Of a stretch of DNA of 64,000 bases, positions 47,032-57,112 are shown piece after piece. Under the pieces are notes generated by a model that saw only the letters and a program-made list of their open reading frames with translations, made no database searches and had not been told where the DNA came from. A program made the translations under genes and the position numbers. The number at the start of each line of letters is the position of its first letter. The first letter of the stretch is position 1. Source of the DNA: an uncultured bacterium (GTDB taxonomy: Bacteria > Babelota > Babeliae > Babelales > Babelaceae); the NCBI GenBank assembly GCA_963819815.1, contig CAWFXL010000001.1, positions 96,001 through 160,000 of the forward strand, read 5' to 3'.

Positions 47032-47807
47032 ACTATCCTGTAACCAGCAAAATATTCTTTGAAGTAGGTTCGAAAGTCCCACTTTTGAGGTTTATGCTGA
47101 TGAAGATAGTTTCCTGCTTCTTCTAAAGTACGTTGTACCTTTGCAGGATCGCGTTCTTGATCTAAAAGACGCTTCATCTCTTTAAAGAGAAGCTTTAAGG
47201 CGCCTTCAGTAAAGTCGGTTGCTGGGTTATGTCCATAGCCAAGAAGTCGTAAATATCCTTTAACTTCAAGATCGGCATCATAGTTCGATTCTGTATCGAT
47301 GATACAGAGCTTACCATCTTTTACGTGCAAGTAGTTGTCATGGGTTAGACTAATGTATTTAGTTTCTCGAATGAGTATAATAAGCTGGCGCATCTGCTCT
47401 TCAGTGACTTGATGAGAACCTTGGGGATGTACCTTTTTTACGACGACACAATAGTTTACGTTATTGACCAGGCGTGGGCGTCCTTTGAGATGATAGATGC
47501 GCTTGTCAGGTAGGGTGATAAGATCGAGATGATTGATATCGATAACCTGCTGCATAAGTTCCATGCCCCAGATTCTACTGAGTCCAAACTTTACAAAGTA
47601 ATCTGGAAGGTCATCAAACGTCCAGACCCCATGTTGACCGCCATGCTTATCGACGTTCTTTAGCTTGGTAAATAGGGAGCTACTATGCCGATCAAGAATC
47701 TTAGCAACCTGCTGATCAACCAGGTACTGCTCTATATGATCAAGGACAGTGTAGGCTTGAGCGATCTGAGATGAAATGAGTAGTAGGCTCAGGGCACAGC
47801 ATTTCAT
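47028..47807 (-). CDS. Secreted kinase-like protein (array member 5, subtype A)
   Basis: HGVW.F..LP.Y.VK; N-x..DGKLCIIDTE. Confidence 0.75.
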   Translation of the reverse strand: MKCCALSLLLISSQIAQAYTVLDHIEQYLVDQQVAKILDRHSSSLFTKLKNVDKHGGQHGVWTFDDLPDYFVKFGLSRIWGMELMQQVIDINHLDLITLPDKRIYHLKGRPRLVNNVNYCVVVKKVHPQGSHQVTEEQMRQLIILIRETKYISLTHDNYLHVKDGKLCIIDTESNYDADLEVKGYLRLLGYGHNPATDFTEGALKLLFKEMKRLLDQERDPAKVQRTLEEAGNYLHQHKPQKWDFRTYFKEYFAGYRIV

Positions 47808-48652
47808 TTGGTTCCTTTATCTCTTTTTTTAAGATAGTACCGCGTATATTCTGCAAGCTCTTTGATTATCTTTTCCCGAACCTTAGCATTTTGGCGCCTT
47901 ACGTAGAGGTCAAGATCAGAGAGGCATTTGTCTCGTCGCTTATCATCGGTCTCTAGTACAAGCTGCTCAGCAATTTTATCAAGAATATAGGCAAGAGCTT
48001 CTGCCGTGTAGTAGTGCGAAAGGTTGCGATCTAACAATCTTACAAAGCCGGTATTAGGCTTATCGCGATTGAAGCTACCATCAGTGTCTATAAAGGAGAT
48101 TCTTCGGTCTGATAATCTGAGAAAATTAGGCTCGAAGGTGCTTAAATGGCCCGTTTTTTCGATAAGCATAATAAATTGTTGTACCTGCTCAAGGTCCATG
48201 GGAATAAGATACTCATCTTTAGAATCATGTACCTTTTTACAAACAACCACGTAGTTGAGGCTCGTAAATTCAGTAGGTCTTTCCTTAAGGTGATACAGAT
48301 ATTTTTCTGGAGTATGGAGAAGATGCAGATTTTCCTCTTGAATGCATAGGGAGATTCGCTCACGCTTTACCATCCTCGAGACGTTATACTTAACATAATA
48401 ACCGGGTAACCATTTGAAAGTCCAAACCCCATGCTTTTGACGCTCCGTAGCATGGACCGCATCGACAAGACGTGCTAATTCCTTGCTATGTTGATCAAGT
48501 ATTGCTGCAAGTTTTTCACTTACCCTATGCTGTTCAATAAATGTTTCATCAACTTCGAGCGAGCCAACTAAGCCTCCATGTAGTAGTGCTGCATGAACGA
48601 CTAATGACCCGCAGAATAAGCTCCTGCGGAGCTTTTGCTTCATCGAATTCAT
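47804..48652 (-). CDS. Secreted kinase-like protein (array member 4, subtype B)
   Basis: HGVWTFKWLPGYYVK; KTGHLSTFEPNF.RLSD.RISFIDTDG. Confidence 0.75.
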   Translation of the reverse strand: MNSMKQKLRRSLFCGSLVVHAALLHGGLVGSLEVDETFIEQHRVSEKLAAILDQHSKELARLVDAVHATERQKHGVWTFKWLPGYYVKYNVSRMVKRERISLCIQEENLHLLHTPEKYLYHLKERPTEFTSLNYVVVCKKVHDSKDEYLIPMDLEQVQQFIMLIEKTGHLSTFEPNFLRLSDRRISFIDTDGSFNRDKPNTGFVRLLDRNLSHYYTAEALAYILDKIAEQLVLETDDKRRDKCLSDLDLYVRRQNAKVREKIIKELAEYTRYYLKKRDKGTK

Positions 48653-48759
48653 GTCCCCCTCTTTCGATGTTCTGGTCTTAACCCTTATTATTATAGCAAT
48701 TTAGCTTTTAGTTTTTCAATATTATTATAAAAATGCACATTTGAATTTTAATATTCGGA

Positions 48760-49569
48760 TTATCGTACCTTGGCACGACCCATAAGGTCCCTAAAGTACT
48801 GTGCAAAATAGGTCCTATAGTCCCACGAGGGTGGAGTCTCTTTCTCATCTATGTACTGTTGGATCTCCTCAAGCGTAGCTCTGATCTCTGAAGGGTTCTG
48901 TTCAAGCAACTGCCTCACCTCCAAAAAGACGATCTGCAAGGCTTCCTTGGAAAGATCTTTGGTAAAGTCATGCGTTCTTATTAAGCGTAGGAACCCCTTC
49001 AGAAGATGGTCAGACTCATAGCGGGATTCGGTATCGATAAAACAGAACTTTCCATCTTTTGTACGTATATAATTAGGGCCTTTTCGATTGCGAGGTCCTG
49101 CCATACTTATATAGCCGGTTTCATGCATAAGCCTGCACAGCTGTTTCATCTCTTTTCCCGTTATGGGCGGTAGTTTGCGTGCAGCATGAACTTTTTGGAT
49201 CACAATGGCATAGTTCCGGTTAGAAAGGGTGGTAGGGGTACCCTTTACGTGGTATACCCGCTTATCGGCAACGGTCAGGGACCTCAAATGGCAGCGCTCC
49301 ATTGCCTCTTTCATTTTTTCCATACCAACTATTCTCGCAATACCATACTTAATGTAATAGTCCGGGAGCCAGTCGAATTGCCATACGCCATGTTTCTTTG
49401 AACCGGAATCTACCTCCAAGAGTTTTTGAGCGACGATGTCGCTGTGTTCATCAAGGACTTCTGCGATTTTTTGATCTACGAGATACCGTTCGACTTGAAT
49501 TTTTTGTGCACAAAGAGGTAAGCAGAGGGCGCTCGCCGCCAGAAAAAGCTGTATTCGTATACCTATCAT
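48760..49569 (-). CDS. Secreted kinase-like protein (array member 3, subtype A)
   Basis: HGVWQFDWLPDYYIK; NYI..KDGKFCFIDTE. Confidence 0.75.
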   Translation of the reverse strand: MIGIRIQLFLAASALCLPLCAQKIQVERYLVDQKIAEVLDEHSDIVAQKLLEVDSGSKKHGVWQFDWLPDYYIKYGIARIVGMEKMKEAMERCHLRSLTVADKRVYHVKGTPTTLSNRNYAIVIQKVHAARKLPPITGKEMKQLCRLMHETGYISMAGPRNRKGPNYIRTKDGKFCFIDTESRYESDHLLKGFLRLIRTHDFTKDLSKEALQIVFLEVRQLLEQNPSEIRATLEEIQQYIDEKETPPSWDYRTYFAQYFRDLMGRAKVR

Positions 49570-50405
49570 GGGCGCTCCTTTATGGTAGGCTTACGTACTT
49601 TAAGTACCTTGAGAGTTTTCTTGTGTGCCTTACGCCGCTCCTTAAGTAAGGTAGAGAGTTTTCGAGCAAGGGACTTTTCTTGATCTTCAAGCATGGTGGC
49701 AATCCGATTGAGTGCCGTCTGGAGATCTTGTCCGTGGAGAAGCACCAGATGCGCTGCAAGGCGATCTACGATATATAAGAGTGCTTTTGAAGAATAATAT
49801 GATGAGAGGTCGCGATTGAGAAGATCGATAATTCCTCGGATCGGATTTGCTTTATTAAACGTACCATCAGTATCAATAAAAGAGATTCTTCCATCACTAA
49901 GTCTCAGATAATTATGAGCAAACGTGCTGCAATGACCGGTTTTCTCAATAAGAGTAATAAACTGCTTAACCTGCTCAAGACTCATGGGCTCGGTATCTGC
50001 AGCAGGATCTGCAGTGAGCTCTTCAACGATGATGACATAATTAAGATTAGTTAGATTATAGGGCCGTCCTTCAATATGATGGAGATACTTTTGCGGGACA
50101 TGTAACAGATTAAGACCATAGTCTTTGATGCACTTTGCAAGGACCTCCCTCATAAGAAGGCGCTTCGTATTGTACTTTACATAATAGTTGGGGAGCCAAT
50201 CAAATTGCCATACGCCATGTTTTTGATAGGGTGTACGATTAGTCTTTTGTGTAAGAGCTTCAAGGAGCTCGCTATGCTCATCGAGTATGACGCTTATCCT
50301 ATCATCCACAAGGTGAGTTTGAATAAACAGCTCCTCTTTTCTTGCTAACAGAAGAGTACAGGAAAAAAGGGCCGAGCTAACCAGGATGGCATCTCTTAGT
50401 ATCAT
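49566..50405 (-). CDS. Secreted kinase-like protein (array member 2, subtype B)
   Basis: HGVWQFDWLPNYYVK; KTGHCSTFAHNY.RLSDGRISFIDTDG. Confidence 0.75.
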   Translation of the reverse strand: MILRDAILVSSALFSCTLLLARKEELFIQTHLVDDRISVILDEHSELLEALTQKTNRTPYQKHGVWQFDWLPNYYVKYNTKRLLMREVLAKCIKDYGLNLLHVPQKYLHHIEGRPYNLTNLNYVIIVEELTADPAADTEPMSLEQVKQFITLIEKTGHCSTFAHNYLRLSDGRISFIDTDGTFNKANPIRGIIDLLNRDLSSYYSSKALLYIVDRLAAHLVLLHGQDLQTALNRIATMLEDQEKSLARKLSTLLKERRKAHKKTLKVLKVRKPTIKERP

Positions 50406-51172
50406 CGGAGTCCCCCCAGGTCATCAAAATATTCATGAGCGTAGGAAAGGTAGTTCCACGCATGGGGTTGCGGCTGTGCTTCTAATTGCTCTCTTAGATA
50501 GGGTAGAGCGAATGAGATATTTTCAGGATGTTTACGGAGCTCTTCTTTTATTTCCCAAAATATATGCTTCAAAGCATCTTTGGTATAATTTTTATTAAGA
50601 TCGTGCCGAGTTCCGATCATTCTTAAAAACCCTTTAATGCGCTTACTTGCATTAAAGATTCCTTCAGTGTCTATTAAGCAGAGCTTACCGTCAGCCATTT
50701 GGATATAATTAGTACTGGTCATATCTACATAATCTGCTTTGTGAATGATAGTGCAAAGCTGCTCTACCTGCTCAAGGGTAAGTGGTCGTTGTTTTCCTGC
50801 CGGTTCAATAGCTTTTACCACCACCGCATAGTTGAGATTATCTTGTGTGTAAGGCCTACCCTTAATGTGGTATACGCGTTTATCAGGCGTTGTGAGACAA
50901 TCAAGATCGTAGGTTTCTATGCATCGCCTTATTCGTTCGACCCCTTTGATGCGCTCAAGGCCATATTTTATATAGTAGCCTGGAAGCCAATCAAATTGCC
51001 AGACACCATGCCATTGGATGGTGCTATCAATCTTTTTGATCTTTTTATAAATTTCATGGCTGTGGGCATCTAAAATAGCTTCGATGTCGGAATCGACCGC
51101 ATATCTTTCAAGAGCACCCCAGCAACTACTTGCATATACGCTCAAAATGAGCACGCATGCTAGCCATTTCAT
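50402..51172 (-). CDS. Secreted kinase-like protein (array member 1, subtype A, intact DxxxxN)
   Basis: HGVWQFDWLPGYYIK; YVDMTSTNYI..DGKLCLIDTEG. Confidence 0.75.
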   Translation of the reverse strand: MKWLACVLILSVYASSCWGALERYAVDSDIEAILDAHSHEIYKKIKKIDSTIQWHGVWQFDWLPGYYIKYGLERIKGVERIRRCIETYDLDCLTTPDKRVYHIKGRPYTQDNLNYAVVVKAIEPAGKQRPLTLEQVEQLCTIIHKADYVDMTSTNYIQMADGKLCLIDTEGIFNASKRIKGFLRMIGTRHDLNKNYTKDALKHIFWEIKEELRKHPENISFALPYLREQLEAQPQPHAWNYLSYAHEYFDDLGGLR

Positions 51173-51373
51173 ACCTTCCCCCTTTGTATGCTAATATGAG
51201 CTATAATCACCATGGGTACATTTTGAGTATACTTAATTAAATTTCTAAAAGTAAATAGAAACTAAAATGATGGATCGTCAATTTTATAATTAGATTAATT
51301 TGGCGAGCTTGCCTCTCATGTGATTCAGCGTTAGAATAAAAGGATTCGATATTATACCTAAAGGAGTTCCCCT

Positions 51374-52942
51374 ATGTGGTTCAGCTTTGCTACAAGTTAC
51401 CGTAACCATACTGATGGGAACTGGAAGATGCTGGGTCTAGTCCTGGTATTCTTCGTAAGTGCCCTTGCAGCTGACTCAAGAGCCCTTAAGGAGCTGCAGA
51501 CGAGCATCTCTTCATTGATCGATCAGCCTAAGTTTGTCTCAATGCGTTGGGGCATGTTAATTATGACAGCCGAGGGGCAGGTCCTTTTTGAACGGGATGC
51601 TGATAAAGCTTTTTTACCAGCATCAACGATGAAGCTTGTTACTGGGGCAGTGGCTCTGCATGTACTGGGCCCTGACTCTACGATGAGGACGTCGGTGTAT
51701 ACAACACAACCTATGCAGGCTGGGGTCGTGCATGGAGATCTCATTCTCTTTGGACGGGGTGATCCTACCCTATCTGGCCGATTTGAGCTTGAGAATCCCT
51801 ACAGTCTAGATTCATTAGCGTATCAAAAAACTAATTCAGGAATTGAAAGCCTAGCAGACCAGATCAAAGCACAAGGTATTAAGCGCATTACCGGTTCTCT
51901 TATTGGAGATGAGAGCTTTTTCCTCTCGAGGAAGCTCGGTCCAGGATGGGAATGTGATGATATACAAGCCTATTATGCTGCTGAAATTAGCGCACTAACT
52001 GTTAACGATAATTGCCTATCGCTTACCGTGGCGCCGAGCTTGATAGGAAGAGCTCCTACTATTACCGTGTTGCCTCAAACAAAGTACGTAAAAATACTTA
52101 ATACTGCCCGAACATCCGAGTCAGGGCAGACCTGTATTGGTATACATCGGCCGCTCAATAGCAATACTATCGAAATTTTTGGAACGATTCCTCGAGGAGC
52201 TAAGGAGTTCAAGTCGCTTATTGCAATTCATGATCCTGCACTCTTTGCGGCGACACTTTTAAAAGAGGCCTTAGCACGTCGAGGTATTAAAGTCATGCAA
52301 GGAGTACGTCGTATGGATACTCTTACTCGAATGGTTCAGCCCTGTACGGTATCAAAGTTATTCGAAGTGGCACATGTTACTTCCCAGTCGATGAGTGTTA
52401 TAGTCAAACTTATGAACAAGGTGAGCCAAAATCTCTACGCTGAACTTTTGCTGAGGCACATAGGCAATGCTCAAGGGTTGGTCCGGGTAGATCAATATGG
52501 ACTTCCACAACCTGCTGAAGCAAGAGGCAATGAGATGAGACGCTCTTTTCTTGAGATAGCTGGTATCGATCTGCAATCGCTGAAATTACACGATGGCTCT
52601 GGACTTGCGCGTCATAATTTACTGACTCCGCGAGCTACAGTATACTTGCTTCAGTACATGCTTACGCATCGAGATAGTGCAAGTTTTCTAGATTCATTAC
52701 CTCTAGCTGGAGTTGATGGGACTCTTGAGCATAGGATGATAGGTACCTCAGCAGCGAATAATGTACGAGCTAAGACAGGGATGCTGGGAGCGGTAAATGC
52801 TCTATCTGGATATGTTACCACTAAGAATGGGCGGTTGGTTATCTTTAGTTGCATGGCTAATAATTATATCGTGCCAACACTCGAGATTATGAAAATCTAT
52901 GACCAAATCGGAGTACTTCTTGCAGACTATGTTGGTATGTGA
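51374..52942 (+). CDS. dacB: D-Ala-D-Ala carboxypeptidase/endopeptidase PBP4 (peptidase S13)
   Basis: PASTMK (SxxK), G.GDP, SQN, DGSGL, KTG; start may be ATG 51428. Confidence 0.93.
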   Translation: MWFSFATSYRNHTDGNWKMLGLVLVFFVSALAADSRALKELQTSISSLIDQPKFVSMRWGMLIMTAEGQVLFERDADKAFLPASTMKLVTGAVALHVLGPDSTMRTSVYTTQPMQAGVVHGDLILFGRGDPTLSGRFELENPYSLDSLAYQKTNSGIESLADQIKAQGIKRITGSLIGDESFFLSRKLGPGWECDDIQAYYAAEISALTVNDNCLSLTVAPSLIGRAPTITVLPQTKYVKILNTARTSESGQTCIGIHRPLNSNTIEIFGTIPRGAKEFKSLIAIHDPALFAATLLKEALARRGIKVMQGVRRMDTLTRMVQPCTVSKLFEVAHVTSQSMSVIVKLMNKVSQNLYAELLLRHIGNAQGLVRVDQYGLPQPAEARGNEMRRSFLEIAGIDLQSLKLHDGSGLARHNLLTPRATVYLLQYMLTHRDSASFLDSLPLAGVDGTLEHRMIGTSAANNVRAKTGMLGAVNALSGYVTTKNGRLVIFSCMANNYIVPTLEIMKIYDQIGVLLADYVGM

Positions 52943-52958
52943 ACCTGAGCCTAGGCTT

Positions 52959-53897
52959 TCAATCGAAAAACCACCCATTTTTTGGTTTGCAGGCAAGTAG
53001 TATTGAGCATGCAATAAGCATTGCGCCACTTACTTGCCAAATTGAGGTTACCTCGCCAAGTACTTGTTGCGCAAGTACTGCCGTAAAGAGAGGTAGCGAA
53101 GAAAAGGCGATTAAGTTTACACGTGAGATTCCTTCATGCTTTAAGGCAGATGCATATAAGAAGATACTTGCGATACTTCCAAGAAGGCTGATACCTATAA
53201 AAAGTCCCCACTGCATTAAGGAGAGATGACTGACTAGGCTTACCAACTCTCGAGGTGCAACGTAGGGAACTACAAAAAAAATGCCCGAAACTGCTGTTGC
53301 AAAGGTTACAAAAAGAGTTGAGTAGTTCATGCTTACTTTTCTCAGCGCTTGGGAGTAAAGAGCTTGGCAGAGTACTGCCCCAAAAGCGAGAAGCTCCCCC
53401 ATATGCGTGCTACTTTGATAGGAGAGGATTTTGCCTTGAGTTACTACGAGGGTACTACCTGCAAAGCAAAGAGTTATTGCTGTTAGTTGTAGTCGAGTAA
53501 GTACTATCTGTCCAAGAAGTGCAGCGAGTACGAGGATCCATAGGGGGCTTGTGGCACTTATGAGACTAACTGAGATAGCTGTGGTATACGATAGTGCGGT
53601 AAAGAAAAAACTCGTATATATAAGTACTAAGAAGAGGCCCAGCATAAACATTCCAGGGATATCACGAGTTTTTATGTTCCGATATTCTTTCTGAGCGATA
53701 AAAAAGGGTATTAGTGCAACGGTTACCAGGCTGTAGCGAATACAGGCAAAGGCTACTGCCGACATGGAGGGGGTGAGGAGTTTCGAGGCTACCGTTACTC
53801 CTGCTCCTATGAAAGCACAGAGAAGTGCTGCGAAAATATAGAGCATATATTCCTTACTAGTTTTGAGACGATCGGTTGTAGGGTATCGTACTCCCAT
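52959..53897 (-). CDS. DMT/EamA family transporter
   Basis: ~10 TM in two repeats, typical EamA pattern. Confidence 0.85.
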   Translation of the reverse strand: MGVRYPTTDRLKTSKEYMLYIFAALLCAFIGAGVTVASKLLTPSMSAVAFACIRYSLVTVALIPFFIAQKEYRNIKTRDIPGMFMLGLFLVLIYTSFFFTALSYTTAISVSLISATSPLWILVLAALLGQIVLTRLQLTAITLCFAGSTLVVTQGKILSYQSSTHMGELLAFGAVLCQALYSQALRKVSMNYSTLFVTFATAVSGIFFVVPYVAPRELVSLVSHLSLMQWGLFIGISLLGSIASIFLYASALKHEGISRVNLIAFSSLPLFTAVLAQQVLGEVTSIWQVSGAMLIACSILLACKPKNGWFFD

Positions 53898-53973
53898 GCC
53901 GACCTAGAATAAACAAAAAAAAATGATAAAGTAATACATAGTTTTTTTTTAAAAAAAAGGGAGGGACTCTACA

Positions 53974-55371
53974 TTGATAGAGGCAGTACTCGGAGCGCAC
54001 GCATTTGAAAAATCTGAAATAACCGTTATTGGAGCAGGGCCTGCAGGGCTTTTAACAGCCTATCGTTTAAAGAAAGCTGCTCTCAACGTTAAGGTTTTTG
54101 AAGCTCGATCTCGTAGTGGGGGAAGGCTTTTATCAGTACCTTCTATTCAAGCTGAGTTTGGCGCATGGTCCTTGGCAAATGGGGGAAAGCCAGAAATGTT
54201 TCAAGCTCTGGCCGAAGAGCTCGGACTTGAAATAGACTATTGGCAAGCGCCTTTTAAGCGGTTAGGGATAGTGAATAATCAGCTTAGTGATATAACCTAC
54301 CGTTTCATTCAATCGTATGATAATGATCCTCGGAAAGCCCGCAGCATTCTTGAATCAATTATACTGGTATCTAAGTCAGGCCAAGAGGTATTAGATAATT
54401 TTTATCCAGATGAACCTTTTCTTAAAGACTTCACAGAAAGGCTTTTGTGGGGCTATTTTGGTTCACGGGCAGCAGAACTCTCTGCTAAATTATATAAAGA
54501 ATCGATTATTCAGCTTTGCCTTGGTGGAATGTCAGATGTCTACAAGCAAGGTCCGCAACAAGCTCCGCTTAATCGAGTCAAAGGGGGCAATGATCTGTTT
54601 ACAAAAAAACTTGCAGAGTTTCTACACAATGATATTACGCTTAACAAGCCATTGACGGCTATTGCAAGAGGTACAGGTAATCGCCTGCGGCTTCTTTTTG
54701 AAGATGGCACGGCAAGTGAAACAGATCTTCTTGTGCTAGCACTTCCGGTTTCAGCATATAAAAAGTTAGCTATTGAAGAGGGTCTGATTCCTCGGGATCG
54801 TTTAGAAAGCATTCGCAGTGTATGTCCAGGCAGTATAACAAAGATACTCATACCTGCCTTGGGAACTGCACGCCCACCTGGTTATATCTCGACAAATGAG
54901 TATGGTGCTGCAATGAGTGAGCATGAAAAGTTTCTGACGCTCTATTGGCGTACTCCTTTTTCTCTTGACGCTTGTAAGGCCCAGGTTGCTAGTATAACAC
55001 AGGCGCTCAAATGGGATCTTCCGACTAAGTATATTCATGTAGAGACAGATGATTTGCACAAGGGTTATCCACAGGATGCAGTGTATATAATTGATTGGGT
55101 TCATGCTCCCTATATTAATGGCTCATTTTGTGCTTTTTCTCCAGCAAATGACCCGTTTGTACGGACTGAAAAAATCGAAGGGATTGTGACAAGCTCTCTT
55201 TTTAAGCCATCAGGGAACATTTATTTTGTAGGCGAAGCTGCAGGAACGAGTACACCACCGGGAAGTCTTGCTGCAGCATTTGAGTCTGCAGAACATATGG
55301 CGAGTCTTATTAAACAAAGATTATTATTTCTTTATAGTAATTCGCACCAGGATATTCAGTTTCGACTATAA
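53974..55371 (+). CDS. Flavin-containing amine oxidase family protein
   Basis: VIGAGPAGL.A..L, EAR.R.GGR, W...PYI.GS, IYFVGE. Confidence 0.85.
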   Translation: MIEAVLGAHAFEKSEITVIGAGPAGLLTAYRLKKAALNVKVFEARSRSGGRLLSVPSIQAEFGAWSLANGGKPEMFQALAEELGLEIDYWQAPFKRLGIVNNQLSDITYRFIQSYDNDPRKARSILESIILVSKSGQEVLDNFYPDEPFLKDFTERLLWGYFGSRAAELSAKLYKESIIQLCLGGMSDVYKQGPQQAPLNRVKGGNDLFTKKLAEFLHNDITLNKPLTAIARGTGNRLRLLFEDGTASETDLLVLALPVSAYKKLAIEEGLIPRDRLESIRSVCPGSITKILIPALGTARPPGYISTNEYGAAMSEHEKFLTLYWRTPFSLDACKAQVASITQALKWDLPTKYIHVETDDLHKGYPQDAVYIIDWVHAPYINGSFCAFSPANDPFVRTEKIEGIVTSSLFKPSGNIYFVGEAAGTSTPPGSLAAAFESAEHMASLIKQRLLFLYSNSHQDIQFRL

Positions 55372-55588
55372 TGCTAAGAATAAGCTTTTTCCCTTTCGAT
55401 GCCGTTAGTAATATGTTAGACCATTTGCTTTTAAAGCATACTTCGTTACAATGATTCTATATAATCAACCAATCTGGTTACCAAGCAATAAGTTAGTGCT
55501 TGCTGGTGGGGATTAGTGATAGCTGCTGGTGTATGTTGGTAGTACCGATGAGGCAGGCAAAAGAAAAAGATAGAGATAATGGGTTACT

Positions 55589-56998
55589 TTGTACCCTGAT
55601 GGAGGATTTATGACAGTGGGTACTAATAAACGAGAAACAATAAAGGTTATTCTCATCACGTTCTTACTCTGTTGCCTTGGGAATACAGTGCTTGCCCTCA
55701 ACACGCATAAGGCCTTGACCTCGGCGCTTATTAGAGGATTAGATGGCCAAGATACTGAGGATGATAGAAAATTGTTTGATGAGTATGATATTGATGCTGA
55801 GAAAGCTTTAGGAAAGGCATTACAAGGTATTATAAATGCTCGGCTAGAGAAGGCTTTCGATGATAGAGACCATGAAAGTATAGACAAAGTTCTACGAATT
55901 GCGAAGTATGTTCAGCGTAATCGCTCAAATACTCATCAGATGATACGGGTTCTCTATAAGTACTGTGAAACATCAATAAATCAGAAGCAACCGTTTGATG
56001 CCTTCAAAACCTGGTATACAGATCATCAAGTGGATGTGGATGATGTCACCCTACATGAAAATAGTAAAGAAACTATTGGTGACGACATCACAAGAAGGTT
56101 CCTGTTAATTAAAGGTAGGGAAACTATGGCAATGAATATTGCCGAGCTTGTTCATGAAAGGCGGAGCAAGAAAGGCATAGTACTCCGAGATCTTTTCAAA
56201 CATTATGAAGATAATAGTTTTGAAACAGGATATTGGGCTCGCGTAAGGCAGTGGCAGGACAGGCATCATGAGGATGTGGATAAGATAGAGTATGATACCA
56301 AGACCCTTGGGCACTATATTACCTCGCTTGCTCTGCGAGGAAGCCAGGAACGGCAAGACCTAATATATAGTACTTTTTTTATGAAAGGTCGTTCTGACCA
56401 TGTTTCCACATTTCTCTCACTTGTTGGGCTCCTGAGCCATGGCAAAATTACTGACCAAGGCAAAGACTTTTCTTTTAGTTCCCTAGAAAAATGGTTTAAA
56501 GAACATCCCATCGATGTAGATCTCATAGACTATCCAACGACGAAAGGAAAGTTAGGAGATGCTATTACTGAGGCATTTGTAAAGGATGAACACATTAGTG
56601 GCCTTGCAAGCCTTGTTCAGGAACATCGCAGTAAAAAGAATGCGGTGGTTTGTCGTCTTCTTGAGTGCTTACAAGTGAACAGCAATGCAGCTCTATTAAC
56701 AAAATTAGAGTCTTGGCTTGCGCTATACCCTATTGACGGTAGCAAGGTGCATTATACTGCTTCTCAGACTGTTGCTGACCGTATTGCAGAGATACGCAAT
56801 CCAGCATTAACGGCCTTATTTAAAAGAACGCAGGATAAACAGAAATCAAAGTCTGATCAGAAGTGGTCGACTCGACAAAAGATAGGATTTATTGGAGGGT
56901 TACTGCTCGCGGCAGGGGCTTGTTGGTATTATTTTGTTCACTCGAAGCACAAGAATGATAAGAAGGCTGATCATAGACCAGAACCAATATCAAACTGA
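55589..56998 (+). CDS. Membrane-anchored hypothetical protein with four internal repeats
   Basis: N-terminal signal, W...H..DVD.I.Y..G..IT repeats, C-terminal TM; start likely ATG 55610. Confidence 0.75.
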   Translation: MYPDGGFMTVGTNKRETIKVILITFLLCCLGNTVLALNTHKALTSALIRGLDGQDTEDDRKLFDEYDIDAEKALGKALQGIINARLEKAFDDRDHESIDKVLRIAKYVQRNRSNTHQMIRVLYKYCETSINQKQPFDAFKTWYTDHQVDVDDVTLHENSKETIGDDITRRFLLIKGRETMAMNIAELVHERRSKKGIVLRDLFKHYEDNSFETGYWARVRQWQDRHHEDVDKIEYDTKTLGHYITSLALRGSQERQDLIYSTFFMKGRSDHVSTFLSLVGLLSHGKITDQGKDFSFSSLEKWFKEHPIDVDLIDYPTTKGKLGDAITEAFVKDEHISGLASLVQEHRSKKNAVVCRLLECLQVNSNAALLTKLESWLALYPIDGSKVHYTASQTVADRIAEIRNPALTALFKRTQDKQKSKSDQKWSTRQKIGFIGGLLLAAGACWYYFVHSKHKNDKKADHRPEPISN

Positions 56999-57112
56999 TA
57001 GAGTAGAATCGCTCGAAGGGCAGCATGCCCTAGGAAATCTGAAGCAGCTAATGTGCCCCCTTCAAACCATCTTCCTGCTTAATCTGACTCATCAAGGAAT
57101 GGGGATGCGTAT

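Noticed and set aside
53913..53960. Homopolymer runs (A and T tracts) between eamA and the amine oxidase as a phase-variation switch
   Set aside because: Such runs are common in this AT-rich sequence, and there is no evidence of length variation from a single sequence.
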